Assembly (NCBI GenBank): GCA_038087875.1
Contig: CM075985.1
Location: 6,138,001-6,202,000, forward strand
DNA from: Malacoraja senta
Taxonomy: Eukaryota
Direction: 5' to 3'
DNA length: 64,000 nt
The stretch's first letter is position 1. Every line of letters starts with the position of its first letter. The notes beneath the pieces are model-generated. The model was not told where the DNA came from, ran no database searches, and worked only from the letters and a program-made list of their open reading frames with translations. Below are positions 48,428 through 61,143 of this stretch, piece by piece. The position numbers were made by a program, and so were the translations under genes.

Positions 48428-49382
48428 AAGAACTGCAGATGTTGGAAAAATCGAAGGTAGACAAAAATCATGGAGAAACTCAGCGGGTGAGGCAGCGTCT
48501 TTGGAGCGAAGTGATAGGTGACGTTTCGGGTCGAGACCCTTCTTCAGACTGATGTGGAGGTGGGGGGGGGGGCAGGAAGAAGAAAGGAAGAGGCGGAGAC
48601 ATTAGGCTGTGGGAGAGCTGGGAAGGGGAGGAGAAGGAGGGAGAAAGCAAGGACTTCCTGTAATTAGAGAAGTCAATGTTCATACCGCTGGGTTGTAAAC
48701 TGCCTAAGCGAAATATGAGGTGCTGCTCCTCCAATTTGCAGTGGGACTCACTCTGGCCATGGAGGAGGCCCAGGACAGAAAGGTCGGATTCGGAATGGGA
48801 GGGGGAGTTGAAGTGCTGGGCCACCGGGAAATCAGGTTGGTTAGTGCGAATCGAGCGGAGGTGTTGGGCGAACCGCCTACACTTGGTCTCACCGATGTAG
48901 AGCCGCTGACACCTAGAACAGCGGATGCAATAGATGAGGTTGGAAGAGGTGCAGGTGAACCTCTGCCTCAAGTGGAAAGACTGCTTGGGTCCTTGGATGG
49001 AGTCAAGGGGGGAAGTAAAGCGACAAGTGTAGCATTTCCTGTGGTTGCAAGGGAAAGTGCCAGGGGAGGGGGTGGATTGGGTGGGAAGGGACGAATTGAC
49101 CAAGAAGTTAAGGAGGGAGCGGTCTCTGCGGAAAGCTGAAAGGGGAGGAGATGGGAAGATGTGGCCAGTGGCGGGATCCCGTTGGAGGTGGCGAAAATGT
49201 CGGAGGATAATCTGTTTATATGTGACGGCTGGTGGGGTGGAAGGTGAGGACAAGGGGGACTCTGTCCTTGTTCCAAGTGGGTGGATGGGGAGTGAGAGTG
49301 GAGCTACAGGACATAGAGGAGACCCTAGTGAGAGCCTCATCTATAGTCGAAGAGGGGAACCCCTGTTCCCTGAAGAATGAGA
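48428..49382 (-). mobile_element. 5'-truncated Penelope-like element: GIY-YIG endonuclease plus terminal repeat
   Basis: ORF 48480..49340: CNHRKCYTC..FTCTSSNLIYCIRCSRCQRLYIGETK..RFAQHLRSI..PVAQHFNSPSHS..EEQHLIFRLGSLQPSGMN. Confidence 0.92.
48518..48550 (-). ncRNA. Minimal type I hammerhead ribozyme-like motif in the Penelope terminal repeat
   Basis: AGU-CUGAAGA-A-GGGU(CUCG)ACCC-GAAAC-GUC-AC: conserved core, helix II, palindromic ACGU helix III and a GUC site. Helix I is only 2 bp, so activity is uncertain. Confidence 0.7.
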
Positions 49383-49661
49383 TTTTAAATATTAATCTTA
49401 AATATTAACCAGTTTCAATCTCTTGCTCTTATCCTCCTCACTTTTTTTCTATTTGCTCTTTTTCCAAGCCTTGCTTAACTGCTTCTCTACCCCACGCCAC
49501 CACACCATTCACACCCTGAGTCAAAATATTCACAGCTTACCTCATTTCCAATTAAATATTTGTAATTGATGATAGAGCTCCAAGATACTGAACTGAGCAA
49601 AGTTTTGCTGTCACCATGACTTGCATTCTGTTACACTCCTTAAGTTCAATGAAAATGTTTA

Positions 49662-50190
49662 TCCATGCCTGGATTTCAGGGTTTCAGCTACAGGGAGAAG
49701 TTGGATAAACTTGGATTGTTTTCTCTGAAACATCGGTTGAAGGGGGACTTAATAGAGGTGTATAAAATGATGAGAGGTATAAATAGGATAGACAGTCAGA
49801 AACATTCTTGTAGGGTGGAAATGTCCGATATTCGTGGGCAAAGCTATAAGGTGAGGGGGGGAAGTTTAATTCGGATTTGCGGGGCAAATTTTTTACCCGG
49901 AGAATGGTGGGGACCTGGAACGCATTGCCAGAGGTGGTGCTGGAGGCAAATGTGATAGTGGCGTTTAAAAGGCTTTCAGATAGGTACGTGGAAGTGCAAG
50001 GAATAGAAGGATATGGATCACGTACAGGCAGATGAGATCAGTTTAATTTACCACCGTATTTGGCACAAATAGCACATCGAGCACCAAGGCAAATTCCTTG
50101 TATGTCAATACTTGACCAATAAACGTACTCATTCATTCAATATTGTGGGCCAAAGGGCCCAATCCTCTGCTGTCGTGTTCTATTCTATGT
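49662..50190 (+). mobile_element. CR1 3' fragment
   Basis: MPGFQGFSYREKLDKLGLFSL..LKGDLIEVYK; gggccaaagggcc tail. Confidence 0.85.
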
Positions 50191-52300
50191 TCTTTGTTCA
50201 TTTGTTACATTGATCGTCACTGAAAGAGTGGTGGAGGGCCCTTGCCACATTTAAACAGTACTTGAACAACATTTTAAGACCCATAACCTGCAAGGCCACG
50301 GGCCATAAGATGGCAAGAAGGATTTATGTAGCAGCCACGTTTTGGCTGGCATGAACACAGTGGAGTTCTTTTATGCTATTACTCTATTTGATCTTATGAA
50401 GTTGATTGATTAAATGGAACAGTAGAGTTCAGGCTGATTTCTTTTTTGACCCAATAGATATTTCATCTGTTTATTCTGATGGAAACATGATTTTGAGCTT
50501 TCTCTGGCGGTGGATGAGAAACAGCCATAAATCATGTACATTTGACTTTTCCTCTCCTGAAGTTTAATTGTGGAGAATTCAAGTACAGGCCAAATAACTT
50601 TCAGAGACTATATTAAATTGGCTGCAGTAATGCAATAAATTGATGCAAGGTTAAGATTAGTTGAGTTTGCAGTTCAAGATAGGAACAAACAGCATTAGCG
50701 CGGATTTCTGGTCTAATAACTATGCATTTGTCCCAACTGCACAGTATGCCCATGTGAATGTTTGCAAATCCCTTAGGTTTAACAATATTGTCCCCTACAT
50801 TCTGATCACATCTCTATCATAGCTGGACTCTCATTAACATGTCCATTTGGACAAGGTACCACAGGCTGGCTGATGGCTGTGGAACCATAATTCCACTTCA
50901 GGGAAGACCACAGAAAAATATTTTGGTGGAGGACAATCAACACATTAGTAACTTGTTCATGTAATTGTAATATTAATGCTGCAAGCAATAACAAATCCTA
51001 GTTGTATGTAGGTTTACGCCGAATTTTACAGAAGTAGTCTACCAAGGAGCCCTCCAAAAAAACAGTGAATTGTAGAAACTAATAAAACTCCTTTTGATTT
51101 GTGCTTATGTTTATAAAGCACCGAAGGTTGTCTCCAGAAATACTGTAGCCACACCTTCAGCTAAGCTTTGGCATTGCACCTTACAACAATAGTATTTTAC
51201 AATTTTATCATTCAACATTTTTCTTTTGAAAATCATCAGCCAACGTTTGGTTGCAATGCTGATGCCCTTTTATGCAGGAAAAAACAATATTTTCATGAAG
51301 TAACATATGAAGAAGCTGATTCATTTCCAGTGTTTAATAACATGTTGTCCTGCATTAGTAGGCATAACTTGTCAATTTTATGATAAATTGATAGTTGCCT
51401 TAGAAAATTCTTTACTTAATACTGTTTAAACTTTAGTAAAAGAGGTTCCTACTGAGCATCATTAGGTCTAATCATTAGCATCAGATTATTAGCAGAGAGG
51501 TTGCTTTTGGTTTTCTGTAGAGGATAGTTTTCGTTTGCTATGTCCAGAGAACAAAACATTGTTATTTAACCTATGTTTTTTTTTGTTTTAGTTTCATATC
51601 CAAGTTTAAAATAAAATGTTTTGACCACAATCCCTGGTTAACTATTCCTCTCATCCCTATGAATTCTTCAGAAGCATCCAACAGTTAACCACATCATTCT
51701 CTGCTAACATCTTTTTTCATTGTACAAAAAGGGGATATTATCCTTGCCTGGTTCCATTGACACACATCGGATTGCTGCCAGATAATCTGTAACAATGGCC
51801 ACTCTTCCCCTAAAGAAAATTCCCCCAAGGATTTGGCCTTCACCTTCAGTTCACATCTGTGCGTTGTCATCTGATGACTGGGTTTGTAACCAGATAACAA
51901 TCTGGTCCATATGAAGTAGATGGACCTCCAGCCAAGCCATTGCAATACAGCAACAACCCTGCTATCTAACTAATAATGTGGAAAATTATCCAGGTATATC
52001 CCACTCGCTAATCCAATCCAGCTAATTTACACCCAGTCAGTCTACTCTCGATCATCAACAAAGTGAGTGACTATATCGTCAACTGCCAACCAGAAAAAAA
52101 CATAATCCTGGTGACTCTTAATATCCTGTTAGCCAGCCAATCTTCTATCTGTGCCAATACCTATAGTTTAAGTCATGAACTTCCATGTTCCACAATAACC
52201 TCTGATGAAGCACCTCAAAGATTTAAACCATCTTTGCATTATTGAAACAAGATGAACACACTAAACCAAAATAGTGCTATTGTGGCCATGCACACAGTTA

Positions 52301-52688
52301 AGGGCCTGTCCCACTTGTCCGTCATTTGTGCGCCATTTACGCGACCTCCAAAAATGTGGTTGTTGCGATGTGACGTGTGGGACGGGCGCATGGAGAGGCG
52401 TAGAGGAGTGTGTAGTTGCGTGCGGTATCACACGGGGCTCCAGGATTTCGTGCTGCACGAAACGCTTTGGGTACGCACGCTAACGCATTGGCATCCCGCC
52501 GTCTCACGTGTATCGCGTGGTGGCGCATGGTTACGTCACCATGCGTAACCATGCGTCGCCGGGCGCTGCAGGGTATTCTAATGACGTCACGCGCACCAGA
52601 CGGCATGATGAAGCACAACGTCGCGTCCACCTATTTTACATATGACGCGTAAATGAGGCACAAATGACGGCCAAGTGGGACAGGCCCT
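52301..52688. mobile_element. PIF/Harbinger-type MITE
   Basis: ~45-bp imperfect TIRs agggcctgtcccacttg..tttacgcg / cgcgtaaa..caagtgggacaggccct; exact TTA duplication on both sides; CpG-rich. Confidence 0.85.
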
Positions 52689-52988
52689 TTACATTACTGT
52701 CGTATTGCTAATACCCATGTTAACTGATTTCCTTGCGTGAATGTTGATCTATCCCAAAATTACTCCCTAACTTTTTTAAATGATATTTTATGAGCCTTTG
52801 TGCTTGCCACATCATCATGCAGATTTTATGATTACTGTTTGAATGTCATATATCTGCTTCAGTCCAAAATATGTTCAGTTAAGTTCAAAGTTGCTGGCTA
52901 TGTAACAATACTCACTGTTCACTGTATCCCTTTGAAATCCTTTGGGAATCCAAAGATTTGACAACAGTTTTAATCTGTTTATTTTCAG

Positions 52989-53085
52989 GTGGGGCTGATG
53001 ACAATCTAATTGAAGGAGGAGGCACAAAGTTTGTTTGTAAACCCGGGGCTCGGAACATTACAGTTATCTTTCATCCACTGTTAAG
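52989..53085 (+). CDS. EXOC4: Internal coding exon of exocyst complex component 4 (Sec8), equivalent to mammalian exon 10
   Basis: Acceptor ttttcag ends at 52988 and donor gtattg starts at 53086. The 97-bp exon (phase 1 in, phase 2 out) reads [32 protein letters not shown](R), which I recognise as vertebrate EXOC4 ([33 protein letters not shown]). It is missed by the ORF track. Confidence 0.95.
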
Positions 53086-54468
53086 GTATTGTCTAAATCA
53101 AGATGCAAAATATTAGCTGTTAGAAATGTTGCCTGAAGTTATTTCTATACACGCATTTATTTCAATTGATCTAATCCAATCAGTTCCTTCTAGGTTTTTT
53201 GCTATTGTAGGCAATTTTCAGACCCTACAAAATATGTTATACTTATTTGTTTAACTCCACGCAATAGAATCTTGAATTATAATGATATTATTTCTCTAAA
53301 ATGTCAACATTTCTAATTTTATCATTGACGTCTGTCTAAATTAAATTCAGCTTTGCTGAGGAAACAGGTGTTCAATCCTCGCCAAGATTTTCTAATTATA
53401 AAACCTTATTTCTTTCAAATGGCCTATGGCTTTCATTTGCCTGCAACACAAAATCCCACAAGCTGACAACTAACCAAAGGAGTTCATGGTTCCCACCTCA
53501 TTATTGACTCCTTTCAAAATATCTCCAGGCATTCCAGCTAAGATCAGGAACTCAATGCATAAGGAAATCTCTGAATCCAACCTATTCGTCGTGTGACAAG
53601 TGACTGTATCGAAAGAACATGTTAATATTCTGTACAAACAAACCATTATTGCCTTTGTTCCAGCAATGTTTGTAAATATATCCCTGAAAGCACATGTGCT
53701 TATGCATAATTATTAAGAACTTTCCCAATAGCACTTAGAGACCTCTTGTCAACTCAGACATCCCAAAATAGGCATTCATTTTTCCACGTCCATTTGTTAT
53801 TTAAATTTCTGTCCTATCTCTACATCCTTAGCAATTTCCTGACGCAAATGGTTCAGCTAAGGCTAATTAATTGTGAATTAAGACCAACAATGTTGGTAGA
53901 CTCATGCCAATTGAATAATGAATTTAAAGTTCCATCATTTGCTTCAGATTGGCTGTTTAAGACTTACTGCAAAGCAATATCCTTTATGCCACTTGTTCTG
54001 TGCTGGATTTGTGTTCATATTCCAGGAGTTGCAGAGGTATAGTTCTGCGCAACTTTTGTGGCTGTAAAGGCCAAGTCAACGGGTATTTTTAAAGCAGAGA
54101 TTGATAGGTTCTTGATTAGTACAGGTGTCAGGGGTTATGGGGAGAAGACAGGAGAATGGGGTTAGGAGGGAGAGATCGATCAGCCATGATTGAATGGCGT
54201 AGACATGATGGGCTGAATGGCCTAATTCTGCTCCTATTAATCATGAACTCATGAGTTCCAACACACTGCACTCATAAAAAAATTGAACATGTATGTAGCA
54301 GATAAAAGACTGAAAGAAAGTCAACTTGGATGGTGTTTATCACAGGCATTTTAAATATTTTTGTTGGTTGAATGCATCCTTATTTATACCTTTCTCAGCT
54401 ATTGCGCCATTCTTGATAGATGCAATTGATGAACTAGCATGTGAGTTGTGAAAAAGAGATTCTTAATA

Positions 54469-54768
54469 CAGGTCCTCCCCAGGTTATGAGAGGGTTCCAT
54501 TCCTTAGAACTGGTCGTAACATTTCGCAAGTCAGAAATGCGGACACCCAGCAATATATTTAAATGAAAACTGAGGCCAAAAATGGCGGTGTTTATGTTAA
54601 ACCTGGGCATTCAACTCAACCACTCAGATAATTCCATGAATCAAGTTCCCACACTGCAGAAAATGAACAGAGCCTTAATGCAGCCGGCAAATCCATCCGG
54701 CTGGTCTCCCAAGGCCTGTTCGCATGTCCTGGCTGTACATAAGTCAAGTGTAACCTTGGGAGGATCTG
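54469..54768. mobile_element. Tigger/pogo-type (Tc1-mariner superfamily) MITE
   Basis: TA-caggtcctccccaggtta ... taaccttgggaggatctg-TA (16/18 TIR match, TA duplication). Confidence 0.75.
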
Positions 54769-54827
54769 TAAAGATTTCCATAGCCACTTAAAAACAAAGC
54801 TTCCAAAAGATATGAATCATCGTTAGA

Positions 54828-55190
54828 CATGTGTGAGGTGCCAGAATACTGGAGGGTGGCTAATGTTGTGCCTCTATTTAAGAAGGACTGCAAAAGAATA
54901 GCTGGGCACTATGGATCAGTAAGCCTAACATCTGTGGTAGGCAAGATACTAGAGAGGATTCTGTGGGATAACATATACATGCATTTGGAAAGACAAGAAT
55001 GGATGAGAATGGTTAGATTAGTTTTGTGAGTGGAAGATGGTGTCTCACAAATTTGATTGAGTTTTTGGAAGAAGTAACCAAGAAAGTTGATGAGGGCAAA
55101 GCCGAAAATGGACTTCAATAAGCCTTGTGATAAGCCTCTGCATGGTCGACTGCTCTGGAAGGTTAACTTGCATCGGATCCATAGGGAACT
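54828..55190 (+). mobile_element. CR1 ORF2 RT fragment
   Basis: [32 protein letters not shown]. Confidence 0.85.
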
Positions 55191-55194
55191 GTTA

Positions 55195-55935
55195 TGTGTT
55201 TGCATCCGTCCATCTGAGAGAGATCATGGTGCAGCTTTGATGCTGTCCTGTTTGGAGAGATGAATGTTTCACCTATGGTTGCATTTTCTGCTGTGGCTGA
55301 CTAGGTCTATCATAAACAGGCAGGCCCTCCCACAGTTTCCACAGGTGAAGTTGGGGTGTGTGTTGCTGTTGATCATGTTGTGGTGTTGGTGCCTGACCTC
55401 CAGGGTCATGAACAATATGCTGTCATGGTGCTTCCATTCCACACCCCACCTGGTCCTCAGCAGCCACTTCTCATTTGTCAGTGCCAATGTTAAAATTTGT
55501 CATATCTCTATTAATTGTATTCTTGAAGCGAAGCTTAGTCTTTCTCTTGGCCTCCGTGCATTGGCAACCTGCCCGTATTGTACATCTTTGGAGATGTGTC
55601 CATTTTCCATCCTGTGTACATGTCCAAGGCAGCAGAGACGCCTCTGCTTGAGGATGGCTGGGATGCTAGCCATATTGGTCAGGGAGAGGACAGATTCCTT
55701 GGTGATTGGTCTTGCCAAGAAACATCCAGGATGCGACCAAGACAGCGAAAATGAAAATTATTCCGTTTCCGTTCTTGATGCAAGCAAGTCGTACAAGCTT
55801 CACCGCTGTACAGTAACGTGCTCAAGATGCATGCTTTGTAGAAAGTTATCATAGTCTTGATTGTGAGTTTCCTCTTCTTCCATGCCCACTGGGTTAGCCT
55901 CTCATGTCCATGATGTATGACTCTAACTCTGAACA
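55195..55935 (-). mobile_element. RTE-clade LINE 3' fragment
   Basis: YKACILSTLLYSGE..FHFRCLGRILDVSWQD..QRRL..LGHVHRME..QYG; C-terminal CxxC..SH finger (FTCGNCGRAC..LVSHSRKC). Confidence 0.85.
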
Positions 55936-58900
55936 AACTGTTTATTCCCTTCGCTGAGAAAAATCGATCGTGAATATTTTTGATGGCACGTTAATCTCCT
56001 GAAACATTGCACATACAAGTAGGGACCAACTGCTCGAGCCTTGGGTGGCAGACCATCTCAGAAAGAATACCTATTTTCAAGGGCAGCAGACATAGGAAAC
56101 AAATGCTCAGCAGACATAATTCAATTAGTCACATTATATTACACAGCATAAGCCAAACAAACAAATATTCAAGGAGGAGAGAGAATTTGACAAGACTATG
56201 CAGATATACTCTATCTCTTTTTGGAATGATGCATTCTGTTATTATTTTGATATATTCCTTTGTTTTTTAAAAATATAATTATAATTAACTGCAGCTCACA
56301 GCAATTTGACAGGCAGAGAGTGAATGTTGTTTGGACATGGGAGTTCCTATACAGAACAGGTTGAAGAGTTGGGAGATAGAATAATGAGACGCTGCAGCAG
56401 TACATCCAGCAGGGGGGCGAAATGACAGTGTGACATGTTTACAGAGTCACTTGTCATTAGAAATGTGTGAATATGAATTTGTAATGGGCTGTAAGCTGAC
56501 CAATTAGAAGTACATACAGACATAAGATTGTTCATTCTTTTGTTTTGAGAGTTGTATAAACTTGAAGGTCAGTGTCTTTCAAATTACTGATGTTCAAAAT
56601 TTCATTATGTTATTAGTGCTGTGTTGAGAGGCAATGCATTAGAATGGAAGCAGGATAATTAATATTCAGTACTTACTCAGCACCCAGCCTAAATGAAATT
56701 TGCAAAACCAAAGCATTCATGTTCCAGCATCACAAGACAGGATTGTGAATCATTTTTTATGCATATTATACCTTTTATTAAGACTGCTTTTACTAGGTAT
56801 TTAAACCTCAAACAGAAACAAATCTTTCCCAACTGTTCCTTTTACAACATTAATTTAAAATGCAGAATACAAATGTATTATACATAAGATGTATTAATAG
56901 CTGTGCTTTGTGGGTTTTCTATTGGAAACAATGTTTTACATGTAAGATCGCTTCAGGAGAATTTTATGACAAAATATTTGTAAGATAGGTTGTGTGAAAC
57001 TTGTGTGATATGTATATCCAAGTTTCTAAATACACAGCATTTTGTTCTGTTTTGCATCAGAAAGATTCTTTAATGGTAACATTGCAGACGACAAAGTATT
57101 TTAAATCGTATTTATATAATACTGCAAAACAGGGTACTTCAGCAAGATAATTCAGAATCATAATTATGTTACACTTTACATTACGCTTGTAGATTGAGGG
57201 TGCCTTTGTGAGACAATGTTGATTCATAATTACAATACAGGCAGTAATCTCCGAACATTATTGACAGAAGCTTTGTGCAGCGGCTGAAGTGAGTTTGAAG
57301 AGTTGTTTGGAAAAGACTAGAAGAAATCAAATGGAAAATTGAGCTATGATTGTATCCGAGATTAAAGCAGCAAAAGAAGTGAGAATAGAAAATGTTCTTC
57401 CTTGTACTATGACATCAGGCATTCACGATAAAGCTTCAAATGGTGGCAGCCCAGGAAAAACTCTCCTTGATTTGTATTATTCTGTGCTAGTTATTTTTCC
57501 ACAAATGGATATTGGGTTTTCATAAAATAACTGAAGATTGGAGAGTATAGCTTAGCATAAAACAAGAAATCCTCTTACTCTTGCACAGATCAAGTAACAT
57601 TAGCTATGAATGACCACATACTTGTTGTCGTGCTGAAAACCTGCACTTTAATACTAGCCTTGCTTCTCGCCAAGCTGTTCCATTACAGCCACAACACTAG
57701 CATCTATCCAAAGGCATGGAAAACAGCCCAGCTATGTCCAGTTCACAAAAATCAGGGCAATCCAGTGCTCTTAATTCCCAGCTAATTTCTCTTCTCCCAA
57801 TCAGCAAAGTGATGAAAGGTGTCATCATTAACAGTGCTGTCAAAGGATCCAAGAGGATCTTGTTTTGTGCATTGTAGTGCAACTGGTCACAAAGATTGAA
57901 TTTGAAGAGGCCAGCTAATGAAATATGCATAATCTATTTTCATCATATTCTATATGTTATTGGTTACGTAGACGATTTATATTCATCAAATACTAAATTA
58001 ATTAGACATCTGTCCAAGCTAAGCATGCCTTTGGCTGCATCTTGTTTTATTCTTATGATCTTGAAGATTAATGAATTTGTATTGGCAATAAGAAAGATTA
58101 GTTTCACAGGTTAGTTTTACTTTCATTACCTTTTGGTGACAGTAAATGAATAATAAATGGTGGCTCTATTGTTTAATACATTAAAAGGGTGGAAATAATT
58201 CAGTTGTTGACCTCCAAGGTTAATCAATTCTTGATTCAAATACCCCAGTTATAAATCACATCAATTAGACCTAATTTATTGTTGAATTGCAATGATTTAT
58301 TTAGGTATTTATTACCTAAACATCAAACATGAGGTCAGTGATATTGTAGCTGATGAGTTCAATTATTAAAATCACCTTTGATTACCCCAGTCTATTAAGG
58401 TTCCTTTTCCCAGTCGGGACTTTCTGTGACTTTAATAGTTTGAGCAACTTGCGTACCTTGTAATAAATATTCATCTGAAGGCGATAATGAGGCAGCGTGA
58501 GATCACAGGAGGACATAGAAGTCAAGGTTGTGAATTTTAAGACCAATACATTGAGTGATAATTAGGCCAGTGTATGTCAGGGATTTCGGAGAACAAGCTG
58601 CTTGATAAAGGTAGTGGTTTAGCAGAGGCTGACAAGAACAAAGCCAGAGAAAACAATTCTACATGAGACAAAAATATATAATGAGAAAAATAGACACTAA
58701 AGATGGATGGAATAGTCTGCTGCAGACAATGAAGATAACCAAAACAATATCCAGTATATAGCATTTGAAATATTAAAGAACTTTAGTTGTCATCTATGTC
58801 ATAAATATGTCATCCACTGGGTGCGATGACCCAAGTTAGGTGGGTCTTCAAGAAAACAAGGCTCTGGAATCCCACTCTCAAGAACACAGTTTTGCATCCT

Positions 58901-59299
58901 TTGAGACTCTCTTAAAACAAAGATGTGAAGAATCAATCTAACAATGCGCAACCAGCAGCTGAGTGATGTGATGTGATGGCAGCACGCAGTCAAGTGCAAC
59001 TTCCTTATCTGATCCATCGCTGTGGGTGAAATCATCATTGCCATGAGCAGAATGAAGACATTGAAGATGAGCTCCTTGGACGACTCCAAAGGTAACTGTG
59101 AATTGGTGGCTAGAGAATCTACTGCAGGTGTTGTTCTAGCAATAACCGGATATAATCAGGATAATCCACATAAGTGAAGCTCAGAATTCTGTTGTGTTGT
59201 CCAGAATGCTGGATGGAGCTCACTGATGTGTGAAGGATAAATAAGTCACAAAAACATTTTTAAACATCTGACAGTCAAGTGATGAATCGGATGATAACG

Positions 59300-60120
59300 G
59301 TTGGGATGTACTCTTGCAACTTTCCAAAGTACTTATCAGACTTGGAGTATTGTATGCGGTGCTGGTCGCCACACTTTAGGAAAAATGTAGTTGCACTGGA
59401 GCGGACGCAGAGGGGATTCACAGCATGTACCCAGGATTGAAGGACTTTAGGAATGGGCATAATGCTGGAGTAACTCAGCGGGACAGGCAGCATCTCTGGT
59501 GAGAAGGAATGGGTGATGTTTCGGCTCGAGACCCATCTTCAGACTGACGTCAGGGGGAAGGGGGTTTTACATAGATAAGGAAGTCTGAGGTGTGAAAACA
59601 GGGCAAAGGGAATGAAGATCAAGGAAAATGTAGAATAGATCATTGTTAGCTTGGAGAAGGTAACAACAAAGCAAACAGAGACAGGAAGACTGGTCGGAGA
59701 ACAGGGAAGGGAGAGGGATGGAGAGAGAGGGGGAAAGCAAGGGTTACTTGAAGTTAGAGAAGTTAGAGCTTTATATAATATAAAAGCGAAACAAAATGTT
59801 AAGAGATAAAGATATTGTAAGGTGATCTGAATCATTTTCCCATAGGCAGGGTATCAGAAGCAAAAGGGCATATCGCTATGGCAAGAGGAAGGGGATCTGA
59901 GGGGAATGTTTCTTTGCACAGAGACTCGTTGATGTCAAGAACCAGAGGTGGTGGTGGAGTCAAGTACAATCACAATTTGTAACACAGGTATTTAAATAGG
60001 CAAGGCATAGAAAGTTACAGATGTGGTGCAAACAAATGAATTATTGTAATGGCACAAAAGGTTGTCATGGATTGAAGGGTTTGTTTTTGAGTTTGTACAA
60101 CTCCGTGATTTTATGACTGT
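59300..60120. mobile_element. CR1 3' fragment (+) interrupted by a Penelope 3' fragment (-, ~59461-59764)
   Basis: LEYC..WSPHFRKNVVALERTQRGFT precedes the insert and CR1 sequence resumes after 59765. Confidence 0.75.
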
Positions 60121-60503
60121 GAATTGTGTTAAAATCGCACAATGAAAGATTCAATTTTTAATTATCTGTTTAAACATTTTGCAAAATGCTAAATACATAT
60201 AGAACTTGTACATATTGATCAAATGGTTAAAATGTCTGAGGATTACCAACTTATATATTTAAAATTAGGGTCAATGTGTTTGCTAAGCAGTAATTATGGC
60301 TAGATGCCATAAAGATTTCATTTGGACAGCACACAATAAAATGGAGCATTTTCAGAGTGCTTTGGAGCTAAAATTAGTGTGTACATGTCTTGAGGTTTTG
60401 TCACTGCAACGGATCATTTTCAATGCATTAGCAGGCTGTAAAACAGTACAGAAATTAGACCACACTTAAAGTATTCCTTATTAAAATGCACATGCTGATA
60501 TTG

Positions 60504-61143
60504 AGGGTGACACAGTGGCACAGCAGTAGAGTTGCTGCCTTAAAGCCCTGTCCCACGGTACGAGTTCATTCCAAGAGCTCTCCCGAGTTTAAAAAAAATC
60601 AAACTCGTGGTAAGCACGGAGAATGAACGTAGCGGGTACGTCGGAGCTCGGGGACGTCTCTTAGCGGCTCGTAACGGTAACGCCAGGTACTCGGGAAGAC
60701 TCGCTAACGGCAGGTAAGCACGGGAAGACTCGTGAAGATTTTTCAACATGTTGAAAAATGTCCATGAGAGCCCCGAGTACCGACGAGTGGCCATTACCGT
60801 AAATCTCCGAGTTCGAATCAGGGCAAACTCGGGAGAGCTCTTGGAATGAACTCATACCGTGGGACAGGGCTTTAACAGTGCCAGAGACCCAGGTTTGACC
60901 CTGACTATAGGTGCTGTCTGAATGGAGTTTGTACATTCTCCCTGTGACCGCGTGGGTTTTCTCAGGGTGCTCCGGCTTCCTTCCACCCTCCAAAGACATA
61001 CAGGTTTATAGGTTAATTGGCTTCTGTAATTGTAAATTGAAAATTGTTCTTGGTGTGTAGAATAGTGCTAGTGTAGGAGGTGATCACTGGTCCACATGGA
61101 CTCTGTGGGCCGAAGGACCTGTTTCCGTGCTGTATCTCTAAAT
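60504..61143 (+). mobile_element. V-SINE interrupted by a MITE
   Basis: The head gttgctgcctta|cagtgccagagacc is split; V core and CR1-like tail follow. Confidence 0.85.
60543..60872. mobile_element. PIF/Harbinger-type MITE, second family
   Basis: 48-bp TIRs aagccctgtcccacggtacgagttcattccaagagctctcccgagttt (1 mismatch); flanks tta/taa (TWA). Confidence 0.85.

Noticed and set aside
55264-55854. 196-aa + strand ORF
   Set aside because: Antisense shadow of the RTE LINE fragment.
58920-59095. Possible extra exon ending at aag|gtaact
   Set aside because: No convincing acceptor, and the translation does not resemble EXOC4 or anything I recognise.
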